In this document: piece after piece, positions 54,013 to 64,000 of the stretch
Position numbering within the stretch: the stretch's first letter is position 1
Layout: each line of letters begins with the position of its first letter
From: Felis catus
Taxonomy: Eukaryota
Reading direction: 5' to 3'
Length of the DNA stretch: 64,000 nt
Assembly: GCF_018350175.1 (NCBI RefSeq)
Contig: NC_058368.1
Location: 28,522,001 to 28,586,000 of the forward strand
Position numbers and translations under genes: made by a program
The notes under the pieces: model-generated
Seen by the model: the letters and a program-made list of their open reading frames with translations, nothing else
What the model was told of the DNA's origin: nothing
The model's database searches: none

Positions 54013-54436
54013 TTAGGTTGAACCACATGAAATTTCCCACATTCAACCTGTATTTTCCAGCTTTACTGAGATATAATTGACAAACAAAATTATATATACT
54101 TAAAGTATACAATGTGATAATTTGACCTACACATTGTGAAATAATTACTACACTTAGATCAATCAGCATATCCAGCACCTCACATAGTTAATGTGTGTGT
54201 TTGTGTGTTAAGAATGCCTAAGATCTATTCTCAGCAAATTTCAAGGATACATGACAGTATTATTAACTGTAGTCGCTATGCTGAACATAAGAACTTACTC
54301 AGCCTATAAACGAAAGTTTGTAGCCTATCTCTAACATTTCCCCATCTCCCCTACCTCCCAGCCCCTGGCAACCCACCATTCTACTCTTGACCATTTTTGA
54401 CCTACTGACATAGCAAATTCTCTTAGTTCAACCTAA
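54013..54436. mobile_element. MADE2-like mariner MITE split by a minus-strand L1MA-type 3' fragment (about 54051-54388)
   Basis: Terminal inverted repeats ttaggttgaac... / ...gttcaacctaa followed by TA. The middle is an L1 3'UTR (ctttactgagatataattgaca...cagcccctggcaacccaccattctactct). Confidence 0.7.
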
Positions 54437-56358
54437 TATCATGGAATACTTTCCCAACACTAGGAAGAATGAGGTAGATGTATACACGCCATTAGGGAAA
54501 TGATCATGTTATAGCTCCAAACAAGACACAGCATGTGTACGGAATGTTCCCGTTTGTACTTTTTGAAAGAAACATATGTATATTCATAGACATTTTCTGG
54601 AAGCCCACCAAGAAAAATGTCAACAATTGCCTCTGAGATGGGAGACTACAAGGTCTGGAGGAAGAGGGAGATTACTTGTCCCTGGATACCCTCCCATCAC
54701 TGAATATCCTCTCACATTGTTAAATATCTTATTATATGTATGTATTACTTGTTTCAATTAAAGAAAAACCTGGAGACTTTCCAGGTGCCACAATTAATTT
54801 GAGATTATTCAAATTATTTAAAACATTAACCAGTATTTACAACAAAGAACACTTTAAATAAAGTAATTACTTTAGTGGCCTTTTTGGCCCCAAACCTAAA
54901 CTAACCAAACAGCTTTATGCTCATTAAGGCTCTTAAAGGAAACTAAAATAAGTACTCTGTTTTCACAATAATATCCATATATATGAAGCATTATATGCAA
55001 GTGTATAATATATACATTATTCATTTAAGTTATTCATTTAAGAAATATTTTTTTGATTTCTAGGTACAACTCACTCTGCTGTAGGCCTTCTGTATATCTA
55101 CGTACAAATGCTTTATAAAGAGACGGCATATATATGCATACACATGAATATATGTGTATATGTGCATAGGTGTGTGTACATGGACCACACACACCATCCT
55201 GGGCTGCTATTCCTCCAGGATCAAAGATGCCACTAATAACCATAACCTGTCAGCTCTAATGGTCCCTTGATGCATCAATCGTATGTATGAGCAAGAACGG
55301 CTTTCTGTCTTAAAAACCACCAGGCCTTGGGCTAGTCCTGGCCTTCTTTTCCTCCAGACTGTCCCATCGTGCATATCTGTGGAGGTAATCAAGCAAGTAT
55401 AGTCTTTTTCTAAAAGATTTTTCCCTTAACTCTTAGCTGGGTCATAATTGAAGACTGGGCACCACTATTCAATTTAGCAGTTCTCATTCTATGAATCCCC
55501 TCACTGCACTAGCTCTCTTCCTTGAGAATCAGTACTGTGTGATAAAGAAGTACAACTAATGAAATCTGTAGCACGTATGAACAGTCTGGATTGCCCGTGG
55601 GGGCAGGGAGAGAAGTTGAGACTCACTGGTCTCAAGAGTTTTAGGCCTGGATCTCAGGTGTTCAGATACAAAAAGGCTGATGAACTTACATGCATTTGTA
55701 TGAGTTAGTATAAAATACAGAATTTCTGAAATTTAAGAAATGTTTCTTGGGAAATTTAAGAAATATTTCATTTAGTGATCACTATGTATAATCATGAGAA
55801 AAAAATATGTGCGAAATATTTTTATTAGAAAGTTAAATGGAAACCCAGTAATAAGTATGCTTTTTGAAATTATTCTTAGTCTCGAACACATGCTTTACCC
55901 CCAATCACAGAGAATATAACATTTGAAGAGTATAATCTTAGCTATTACCATGAATTCACGACACCTACAAATTTTAGTTTTACTTCCCCCCCCCAAATTT
56001 TTAATTAACTTTACTCAACACAAGTTAGAGCCATAAATTTTCTTTCAAACAGTATAAATTCACCAGCTAATTTTAATATAAGTTTGCATGGAATTTTAAC
56101 CACTTCATATGAATCTATAAAATATACCATTTTTTAAACCTGCTGAGTTGCCATGAGTAACACGATTTTATGAACTTTTTTTTTTTTTAAACAAGATTTA
56201 AAACGTTAAAGGCACTGCTAGAAAGTCCCTATCTTCTTTAGGCTTAATCTTCTAAAAATACATGAAACTCCATATCCTTAGGTTATCATAAATTCTGTAA
56301 AGAATATCACTATTAAAATGAATTACAAGATGTGCAGATTTAAAAAAATGACCAAAGT

Positions 56359-56571
56359 GGGGCACCTGGATGGCTCAGTCGGTTAAGCATCTGACTTGAG
56401 CTTAGGTCATGATCTCCTGGTTGGGAGTTCTAGCCCCCCATGGGGCTCTGTGCTGACAGCTCAGAGCCTGGAGCCTGCTTGGGATTCTGTGTCTCCCTCT
56501 CTCCCTCTCTCTGCTCCTCCCACACTCATGCTTTCTCTCTCTGTCTCTCAAAAATAAATGAACATTAAAAA
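56359..56571 (+). mobile_element. Can-SINE
   Basis: TSD-like aaaaaaatgac on both sides. Confidence 0.93.
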
Positions 56572-56798
56572 AAAAAAATGACTGAAGCAATCTTTGACTC
56601 TTTGCTAAGTGCATCTTGCTAATACTTATGTGTGCTTACACATACTTATTTTAGAAAATAAGGAGGCAGGCTAATAAAAGCACGATTCCACAGACCTACA
56701 ATAAAAGTTCTATTCTCATATAGGGGTCCACTGACCTTAGGAAACAAATTCTCATAAAAATAACTATATAGTGAATTAACTTTTGCAAATTTATTTTT

Positions 56799-57000
56799 TT
56801 AATGTTTTATTTATTTTTGAGAGAGAGACACAGAGAGTGAGCAGGGGAGGGGCAGAGAGAGAGAGAGGCACAGAATCCCAAGCAGGCTCCAGGCTTTGAA
56901 CTGTCAGCACAGAGCCCCATGCGGGGCTAGAACTCAGGAACCGCAAGATCAGGACCTGAGCCCCAGTCAGAAGCTTAACCAACTGAGCCACCAGGCACCC
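56799..57000 (-). mobile_element. Can-SINE
   Basis: TSD tgcaaatttattttt at 56784-56798 and 57001-57015. Confidence 0.93.
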
Positions 57001-57015
57001 TGCAAATTTATTTTT

Positions 57016-57229
57016 AATTTTTTTTTCAACGTTTATTTATTTTTGGGACAGAGAGAGACAGAGCATGAACGGGGGAGGGACAGAGAGAGAGGGAGACACA
57101 GAATCGGAAGCAGGCTCCAGGCTCTGAGCCATCAGCTCAGAGCCTGACACGGGGCTCGAACTCACGGACCGTGAGATCGTGACCTGGCTGAAGTCGGACG
57201 CTTAACCGACTGCGCCACCCAGGCGCCCC
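57016..57229 (-). mobile_element. Young felid Can-SINE
   Basis: TSD caaatttatttttaa at 57003-57017 and 57232-57246. Confidence 0.94.
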
Positions 57230-57599
57230 AACAAATTTATTTTTAAAGAGAGCACACAACTCCCGTGATTTGATTGGTTCTCTTTTCAAATACCTCATTA
57301 AAATCCAACCAGGGATAATTGATCGTTAAAGTAAGCCTTTTTAAAATACAATGAAAACTTAAAAATGTAAATAATCCTTCAGTGATAAGCATTTGCTATG
57401 TATATGCTTAAGATCTAATTAAAACAAATCAACTTTGTTGATTTGTCAAGAGTCAAAAGCACCTGCTACATAAACAAGAGTTAACACAACATACTAAGTC
57501 CACATAACACAAAGAGGTTAATTTTCATTAAGTTAACCATCGCTGGTAAGATCTGAACTCTGCACTTAGCGGGAACCCACGACTCAAAAGCCTGGCTCG

Positions 57600-59600
57600 C
57601 TGTTGTGTCGCGCAGGGTGTGTTTAACCTCGAACATCATTTACACAGGCAGCGAGCCTCGGCTTCTGCCTTCCAAAGGGCAGCGGGAGGCAAGGGGGGGT
57701 GTCCGCTGTCACCTCCTCAAACAACCTTTCGGAGTGGGCCTGGGCCCGCGGGAAGGAAAGGTGGGGGGCTTCTTGCAACTCAGGCTGGTCGGCCTGCACT
57801 GGGCTCCCTACGCAATGCACATACTCCACCCAACCACTGCACGCAGGAAGGACAAAAAAATAAAACAGTCCTTTTAAGTTCCCTGAGTGGGAACTCTCAA
57901 GAGCGCTTCAGCATTTTCCCACGCTCCCGCCGAGCCGCTGGTTCCCTCTCCTCCACGTCGGCCGCCGAGCTCCCCGGGAGCCCACCCTCGCGGCCTCTCG
58001 CGCGGAGCCCGGGAATCCCTTCCTGCCGCGCGGCTGTCCGGCTCCCGCGGGCCCCGCCCCCGGGCCAGGCCCCGCCCTCACCTTGTGGCCCACGTTCCCG
58101 GGATCGCCGGCGCGCTCCGCGCGCTCCGGGCGCCCTCGCTCCTTTTCCCCGCCCCGCAGCTTCCCGCGGTCCGCGCTCCCCTTAGACCTCACCTTGGTCC
58201 GGATCTGCCCCGAGGTGGACACTTTGCGGATCAGTTTCTGGGGTCCCTCTTGCTCCGCTTCGCTGTCGGAAGAATCGTCTCCGGGCCCCGCCGAGGCACC
58301 GGCGGGGGCGACCGCGGCGCCGGCCCCGGCGGCCGCTCCTCCCGCGGCGCCCGGAGGGTGGTGCTGGCCTCCGGCCCCGGCCATCCTCTCCGATTCCTGC
58401 GGGGACACAGCACCGCCCTGCGGGGGCGGCGGCAGCGGTCAGTGGGTGCGCTCGGTCCGAGCCGGGCCCAGAGCCCCGCGCCCGGCTGCAGCCGCCATCT
58501 TCCGCTCCCCCAGCCGCCCCCGCGGGGAAAGGGTCGCGCGGGATCAGACGCCCTCCCGGCGGCCGCCCTCCAGGCCCCTCTGCCGGGCTCTGGCCAAAGC
58601 GGCGACCGCAGTGGGGCAGGGGGACGCGGACCCCGGCCCGCCTGGGACCCCTGCTCACCCAGCCTCGAGACATTACAGGGTTCCTGACCCAGAATACGAC
58701 TTGGCGCGGGTAGAGAGGATGGGAGTGACAGAGGGATAGGGGCAACCTACCACCTCTTGTGGGGTGTGGGCTCCCCAGGATGGACGGGAGGGTGGGGGTC
58801 GGGGGGCAAGAAATCTCCGCAGCCACCCTCCACAGGCCGGGCAGTGGCGATGCTCCCCTCCCTCCCTCGGTTCACGGGCCGCTGGGGCAAGAACGGCCCT
58901 AGGAGTAGAAGGGGAACCTACAGCTTCCTCCCGACTCCCTTGGGTACACCCTGCCACCCCCTAGACCTAGAATCTCTCTCGAGTCTTGGGCCTTACCACA
59001 CGGTTCCCACTGAATAAAAGTCCCTTCCGCCCCCTAGATGGATGGGCGCTGCCCCTTGTCAGTCTCACGACCCCCCAGCGCATCTCTGATGAACCATACC
59101 TCTCCCGCCTCTGCCTTGGGGTTCGGGTCCTTTCAGCTCTCCCGACCGCGGTGTTTAGTTTCTGGCCCACCCCCACCTCCATCCGGCGCACACGGAAGAG
59201 AAGAGCATTTTCCGGGAGGTTCCACTCCGCTCTGAGAACTTTTCGTTCAGAAAGAGCGATCCCTTTGGCTAACAGGAAACTGGGAAGGGCGTGGAGAGAG
59301 CGCAGAAACAGGAGAGCACACGCAGCCCAAGACCACAGAATGCAAAATAAATGTCTAAACTGAAGCGCTAAGCGAGACTGCCTGGAAGGAAACAATGCAC
59401 TGAAGCCATGTGAACGCCAGTGCCCGAGCACGAAAACATTGGAGGTCCTGGGAGAGCCACTCCCTAACCCGGACCAGAGCAGGAGGAAACGGGATCAGCA
59501 GGCTGCAGCCACAGCTCACAACTCGTCCCAAGTGAGCTGGTTACGCGGGCACTCGGGAATAGCAGCCTTGCGGCGCGTTCTGCATGCTCAGCGTCAAAGA
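57600..59600. promoter_or_regulatory. DGKH: CpG island / DGKH promoter and exon-1 region
   Basis: Abrupt switch to very high GC and CpG density around the first coding exon, with GC-box-like ccccgcccc motifs (about 58052 and 58147). Flanks are AT-rich and CpG-depleted. Confidence 0.9.
58193..58384 (-). CDS. DGKH: Diacylglycerol kinase eta, first coding exon (64 codons, phase-0 donor)
   Basis: Translation [64 protein letters not shown] closely matches my recollection of the mammalian DGK-eta N-terminus. ATG at 58384-58382 in a strong Kozak context (AGGATGG). Ends at a canonical donor AAG|GTGAGG (GT at 58192-58191). Length is 192 nt. Confidence 0.96.
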
Positions 59601-59865
59601 ACCCTTGTAGGTGTGGGAGGACTTGGGGGAGAAGATACTAAAATGACAGATTCCTCTTGTCATCCACAGAGAACTCTAAACTTAGCTGTATTTTTAAGTA
59701 GGGCAAAAGTCCCCGCCAGACTGTGGAGTCTCTTCACACTTCAGTAAAGCATTTAATCTCTTAAACGTGTTCAAGTCCTTCAGTACCCATTCCTATTTTT
59801 TCGGTTGACGTGGCCTTCTATGCTTTCAGTTGACATGACCTTTAAGAGTCCTCCAAACTAGCATT

Positions 59866-60046
59866 CTGTTGGGGTTTTGTTTTGTTTTCTGGGTTTTTTA
59901 AGTGGAAATCTTCCAGTAATTTGGTTGCTATGTCAAAACTAATTTGCTATGTCAAAACTAATAGACTAATGTCTATTGGGGTTTTGTTTTGTTTTTTGGG
60001 TTTTTTTAGTTGAAATCTTCCAGTAATTTGATTGCTATGTCAAAAC
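59866..60046. repeat. Imperfect tandem duplication of about 71 bp with complex junction
   Basis: 59869-59939 is repeated at 59976-60046. Confidence 0.9.
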
Positions 60047-63000
60047 AGTTCTAAGAGGTTATAAATTACAATATTCAATCCCAATACTGTATATCCACAC
60101 TGTTCGTTAAAAGGTAAAATGTGATGGTTTGAATCTTCCAAGATAGGAGATTGGTGTCTTGAAATACTAACTGATGGAAGCTACTTCTCTAGCTTCAGTT
60201 GTCTTCTTTAGGAAGGGAAGGAGCTAGGCAAAATAAACTTGGAGCCCTTATGGTTTTGTAGATATGTAATTCTATATCTACAAAGAGTATTTTGTCGTGA
60301 AAGGAATGCTTTAAGAGAAAAAGTGATCAAAATAATGGTCTTTAGCTCAACCTAATTGTTTGGTCAGTGAGGAGTCCAAAGGTTTGAAAGTGTAGCCAAG
60401 AACACCTAGTAAAGGGCCTTTTGAAAGAATAAACCTAGTTCAGACTCTTCCTTTAGTGTTAAGTGACGCCCAAAATCATGAGCTGGGGCCAAAGTCAAAA
60501 CCATGTGATGAGCTATTCTAATGTACTACTCACTGTACCGCACCAACTTTTGTTATACAAAAGTTAGTCAATTATGTTTTTATTCATACTTTAGGCTTTC
60601 AAGTTTTGTATAGTAACATTTTCCTGAATCCAGGCTATTAAACTGACACTGTTTTCACACCTATGCCCATTCTGTGGTCTGAATTAGAGGATTCAATACA
60701 TTTCTCATTCTCATTCAAACACTGGTTGCTTACAGATATCTTAAGAGTTTCATGTGCAAGAGCTGGGCAATTAATACCTCAGAGTAAAGGTATTTATTAC
60801 TCCATAAAAATTTACCATCAGTTATCCCTGCTTTTCAAACACTCCTGTAACAAGTTCTAAAACTTGGTGGTGACTTTGGAAGCATAGCCAGTCTTAGCCT
60901 ACTCAGGCTAAATAAATTATCCCTGCTCTACAGTTTATAGGACACTCAGGGTGAAAATACCGTGTAGGCAAATGAAGGAATGTCACTTCATTTCCCACAA
61001 AAGGCAACTCATGAAAACCCTCTTTTCTTCTTAGATTGTTTCAAGTAATCCCTCATGTAAGGTACCCAATCCATTAGATTTTTCTCAGGTCTTATCCATA
61101 AATTAGGACTTCCCAGAATGAATATCCAATCCTTATATCATATACCTGCAATGCACTTCACTGCCCTTAAAAATATAATAGCAATGTCAAGAGCTCCATA
61201 TTTTCAACCATTTTAATGTAGCTCAAAATGACAGCTGAAACAAATTTCAGATATGTAGTATATTGCATTATTTCTTTGATTGACAAGATTCCCTTGACTT
61301 TTTCCTTACTTGGTGTTTTCAGATAATTTCTTAGATGTGTCTTACATATTTCTTTTATTATTGTTACTTTGAAATCTTTGTTTGGAACATAACATATCAC
61401 AAACACACTATTAAAAACTTGGACATAAGCCATGTAGACACTGTATTCAGGATGAAAGGGAAATAGAAGCTACCACTAAATTGGGTTTCTACTTTATAGG
61501 GCTTCCTGCCCCATTTAAAGAAATAAAAATTATTACACTCAAGATGTATAAATCACAGCCAATTCTCATTCTGATAACAACTTTATGAATATTAACATAT
61601 TCTTACTGATAGATATTTTTAATTATATTCTTCTTATTAAGCATTACTTATAAACAAGAGTTTAATATCCACTTGCAACTTTTAAATCCCATATATTCTG
61701 TGCTTTTATGTTAAACATTATATCACAAATACATAGAACTCTACCTTTATATACTGAAGAACCCAAGTTGGCACTTTCAAACAGTCACGTCCTAGGATGC
61801 ACATTCCTAATGTGCTGGCTGAATAAGTACAGGCCTGCTTCCATTCAAACTTTCCATAATATACTGTTACATATTTGGAACTTAACATTCAAAACTTTAC
61901 TCCATTAAAATGTCCTTGGGTGTTACCTGAATGAAAAAGATTTCCTATTAATCATGATATAACTTCAGGTACCAATGGTCATCCCCGTGCCTAGGGCAAA
62001 ACCCACTGTCATCTAGACCTAACGCATAAATACGCTTATAGCCTCTCGTTTACATTTTCGCCCTTTTTCCTTTGGAACTCTTACTTTTCTAATTTTCCAT
62101 TAGTTTTGAACAGTTTCATCAGAGCCAAGTAGACAAAAACCACATAAAAATAAAAACAAATTTTAGTAAGTAAAATGTACCCTAGGATCCTAGTATCACT
62201 GTCTAAGGACTACTTTGTAAATACTCCCACAGTTTTTAAGTTTTGGCTAGAATTCAAACTACCCATCCCCTCACCCCCACCCCAGGATATCATCTATGAT
62301 ATTTGGCTAAGTATCTTCCCACCCATCTATTCCCACCACCAAAATATTTTCGTACTGATTAGAAATGTAGGTAATGCCTCTATTTCCACTGATTTGATTG
62401 CATTCTAAAGCTAGCATTAAAGAAAATACACAGAAACCTGAATGTTAACATTTATCTTCTTTCAGGCCCAATGCCTTGGCTGGAGGAATGATAAGGCTGT
62501 TTATTTAAATGCCCTCACTTAACTAAATAATTTCATTTTATCTTCAAATATGAAAAATGTCATGAAGTCCAGTAACTGACTCTCAACTCCAGACATGGGT
62601 ACATTGCAGGCCAGAAGTTCTGTTCTCTTTACTATTATTCAGCATCAGTACCTGAGACTATGTCTACTCTTTTGAGTAGATCCATGTAGAATCATGGAAT
62701 CATATCATCATGTTTTAGGTTTCATCAAAAAAAGAATGAGGAGAGTAAATCCTTACAGGTATGCTATTATGCACAATAAGGAAGAATTCAGGGTCTTGTG
62801 TAAAGTGAATATTTCCTATTCAATATTAAATGTTCCTATTATAAATATAAATGAGTATACTTTTATGGTAAAGTATTAAAGTTGCCTATATTTGCAATCA
62901 AACAGCAGATCTTCAATAACTGCCAAATGGACTCCTAGTCAAAGCAGACGTTCCTTAGTCCAAGGTCTTTGAGGATCCACAGACTGGGCTTCAGGAACTC

Positions 63001-64000
63001 TGGTTTGCTTGAAATATTATTATTGGTTTTATATGGCATGTTGCATAGGTACATCATGGGGAGAGACTCCACAGCTTTGGTGAGATTCTTAAGGGGATCA
63101 CCCAAGAGACACTGAAGAATCCCTGATTTTGAGGAATTTTGTGTCTTTCAATATATATTTAGATTCAGCTGATATTTCCTCCCTTAGATCCAAAGGTCTG
63201 AAATAATTAAAATTTAAGTATTCTTTTTTCCCTAACTTATCACCCCTTTTTCTCCTATACATCACTTTTCAGAAATTTGGGTAACATTTTTTTAAAAAGA
63301 ACTTAAATGAGAATTCCTCTTAGACTTGGTGGTCATACATGTATGCCCACAGGTTTTCAAATAAAATCACTTAAATATCATTTTGTGCCACACATGTAAG
63401 ACCTCTGAAGATTTTTTTTTTTTTGGACTATCTGAATATCAACTACTAACATATGAAACAAGATGTTAAGAATGCATGCTTTGTGAGAATATAAGGATTA
63501 ATGTCTGTGCTAACTGCTATATCCAACAGTCCCGGGACATAGTAGGTGCTGGATAAAATATCTGCTGAGTAGATAAAAGGGGCTTCAGTGTTTAAAGAAA
63601 AAAACCTAATTTTTTAAGGACAGTTCTGCAGTCTGGATAAAGTGTCATGGTTCATTCGTACATTCCTATTAGGGCTCTAGTTTTAAAGGCTAATACATGA
63701 GCGTTTTCATTTTTGTCACTTTAAGTAAAGCAACATTAGAAGTTTTTCTCTACTTTTCTAGGCACAAAGTAGTTCTGCCATCAGTACCCTAGAGCAAAAT
63801 GAACTTAAAAGGGTACTTTTCAATGTGATTGGTGTTGGCTTACAGCATCCAGGTTCAAAAGATATTTCATATAGGAAAGTTTAAAAGTAAAAAAGTAACA
63901 AAATCAGGTCAGTGAGTTTAGTTCTCAATGGTCTTTGATTTAAACTTCAAAACAGAACTGTAGTTTTAGTTTCAGGAATAATTTAATCCCCAGTGATAAC

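Larger units (their letters stand above)
1..58192 (-). other. DGKH: DGKH intron 1 (partial; continues beyond the left edge)
   Basis: Starts at the exon-1 donor. I could not find the expected next exon (PH-domain start [23 protein letters not shown]...) in the window. The sequence is repeat-rich and non-coding. Confidence 0.8.

Noticed and set aside
3913..57147. Recurring short ORFs such as 'MAQSVK...LTAQSLEPASDSVSPSL' and 'FIYFWDRERQSMNGGG'
   Set aside because: They are translations of Can-SINE copies, not a gene family.
57605..59747. Many long overlapping ORFs (up to 266 aa) on both strands in the CpG island
   Set aside because: These are expected from GC-rich, stop-poor sequence and give low-complexity Pro/Arg/Gly/Ala translations. 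Only 58193-58384 matches a known protein.
1..64000. Prokaryotic-style novel system (CRISPR array, operon, defence or retron locus) or intact ERV
   Set aside because: The sequence is a mammalian intron plus promoter. I saw no repeat-spacer array, operon-like ORF packing, or gag/pol/env.

Overview
This is mammalian (carnivore, most likely felid) genomic DNA, judged from abundant tRNA-derived Can-SINEs of the SINEC_Fc type and carnivore-type L1s. The only protein-coding sequence I can support is the first coding exon of DGKH (diacylglycerol kinase eta) on the minus strand at 58193-58384 (64 codons), inside a CpG island at about 57600-59600. Everything to its left (1-58192) is the very long DGKH intron 1; exon 2 is not in the window. 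The intron is dominated by Can-SINEs, truncated L1s, L2/MIR, MLT1 LTRs and DNA-transposon relics, and almost all listed ORFs are chance ORFs or L1/SINE-derived. I find no evidence of a novel multi-gene system. The best observations are: (i) a probable L1 3' transduction; (ii) a second in-frame donor after DGKH exon 1 with the same 10-mer, plus a possible spliced N-terminal extension; (iii) an unidentified 555-bp retrocopy-like insert splitting an L2; (iv) an intronic CpG-retaining patch; (v) two short dispersed duplications and several template-switch scars; (vi) nested or same-site TE insertions. Repeat subfamily names come from recall of consensus sequences and need RepeatMasker/Dfam confirmation. 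Boundaries without a stated TSD are approximate.
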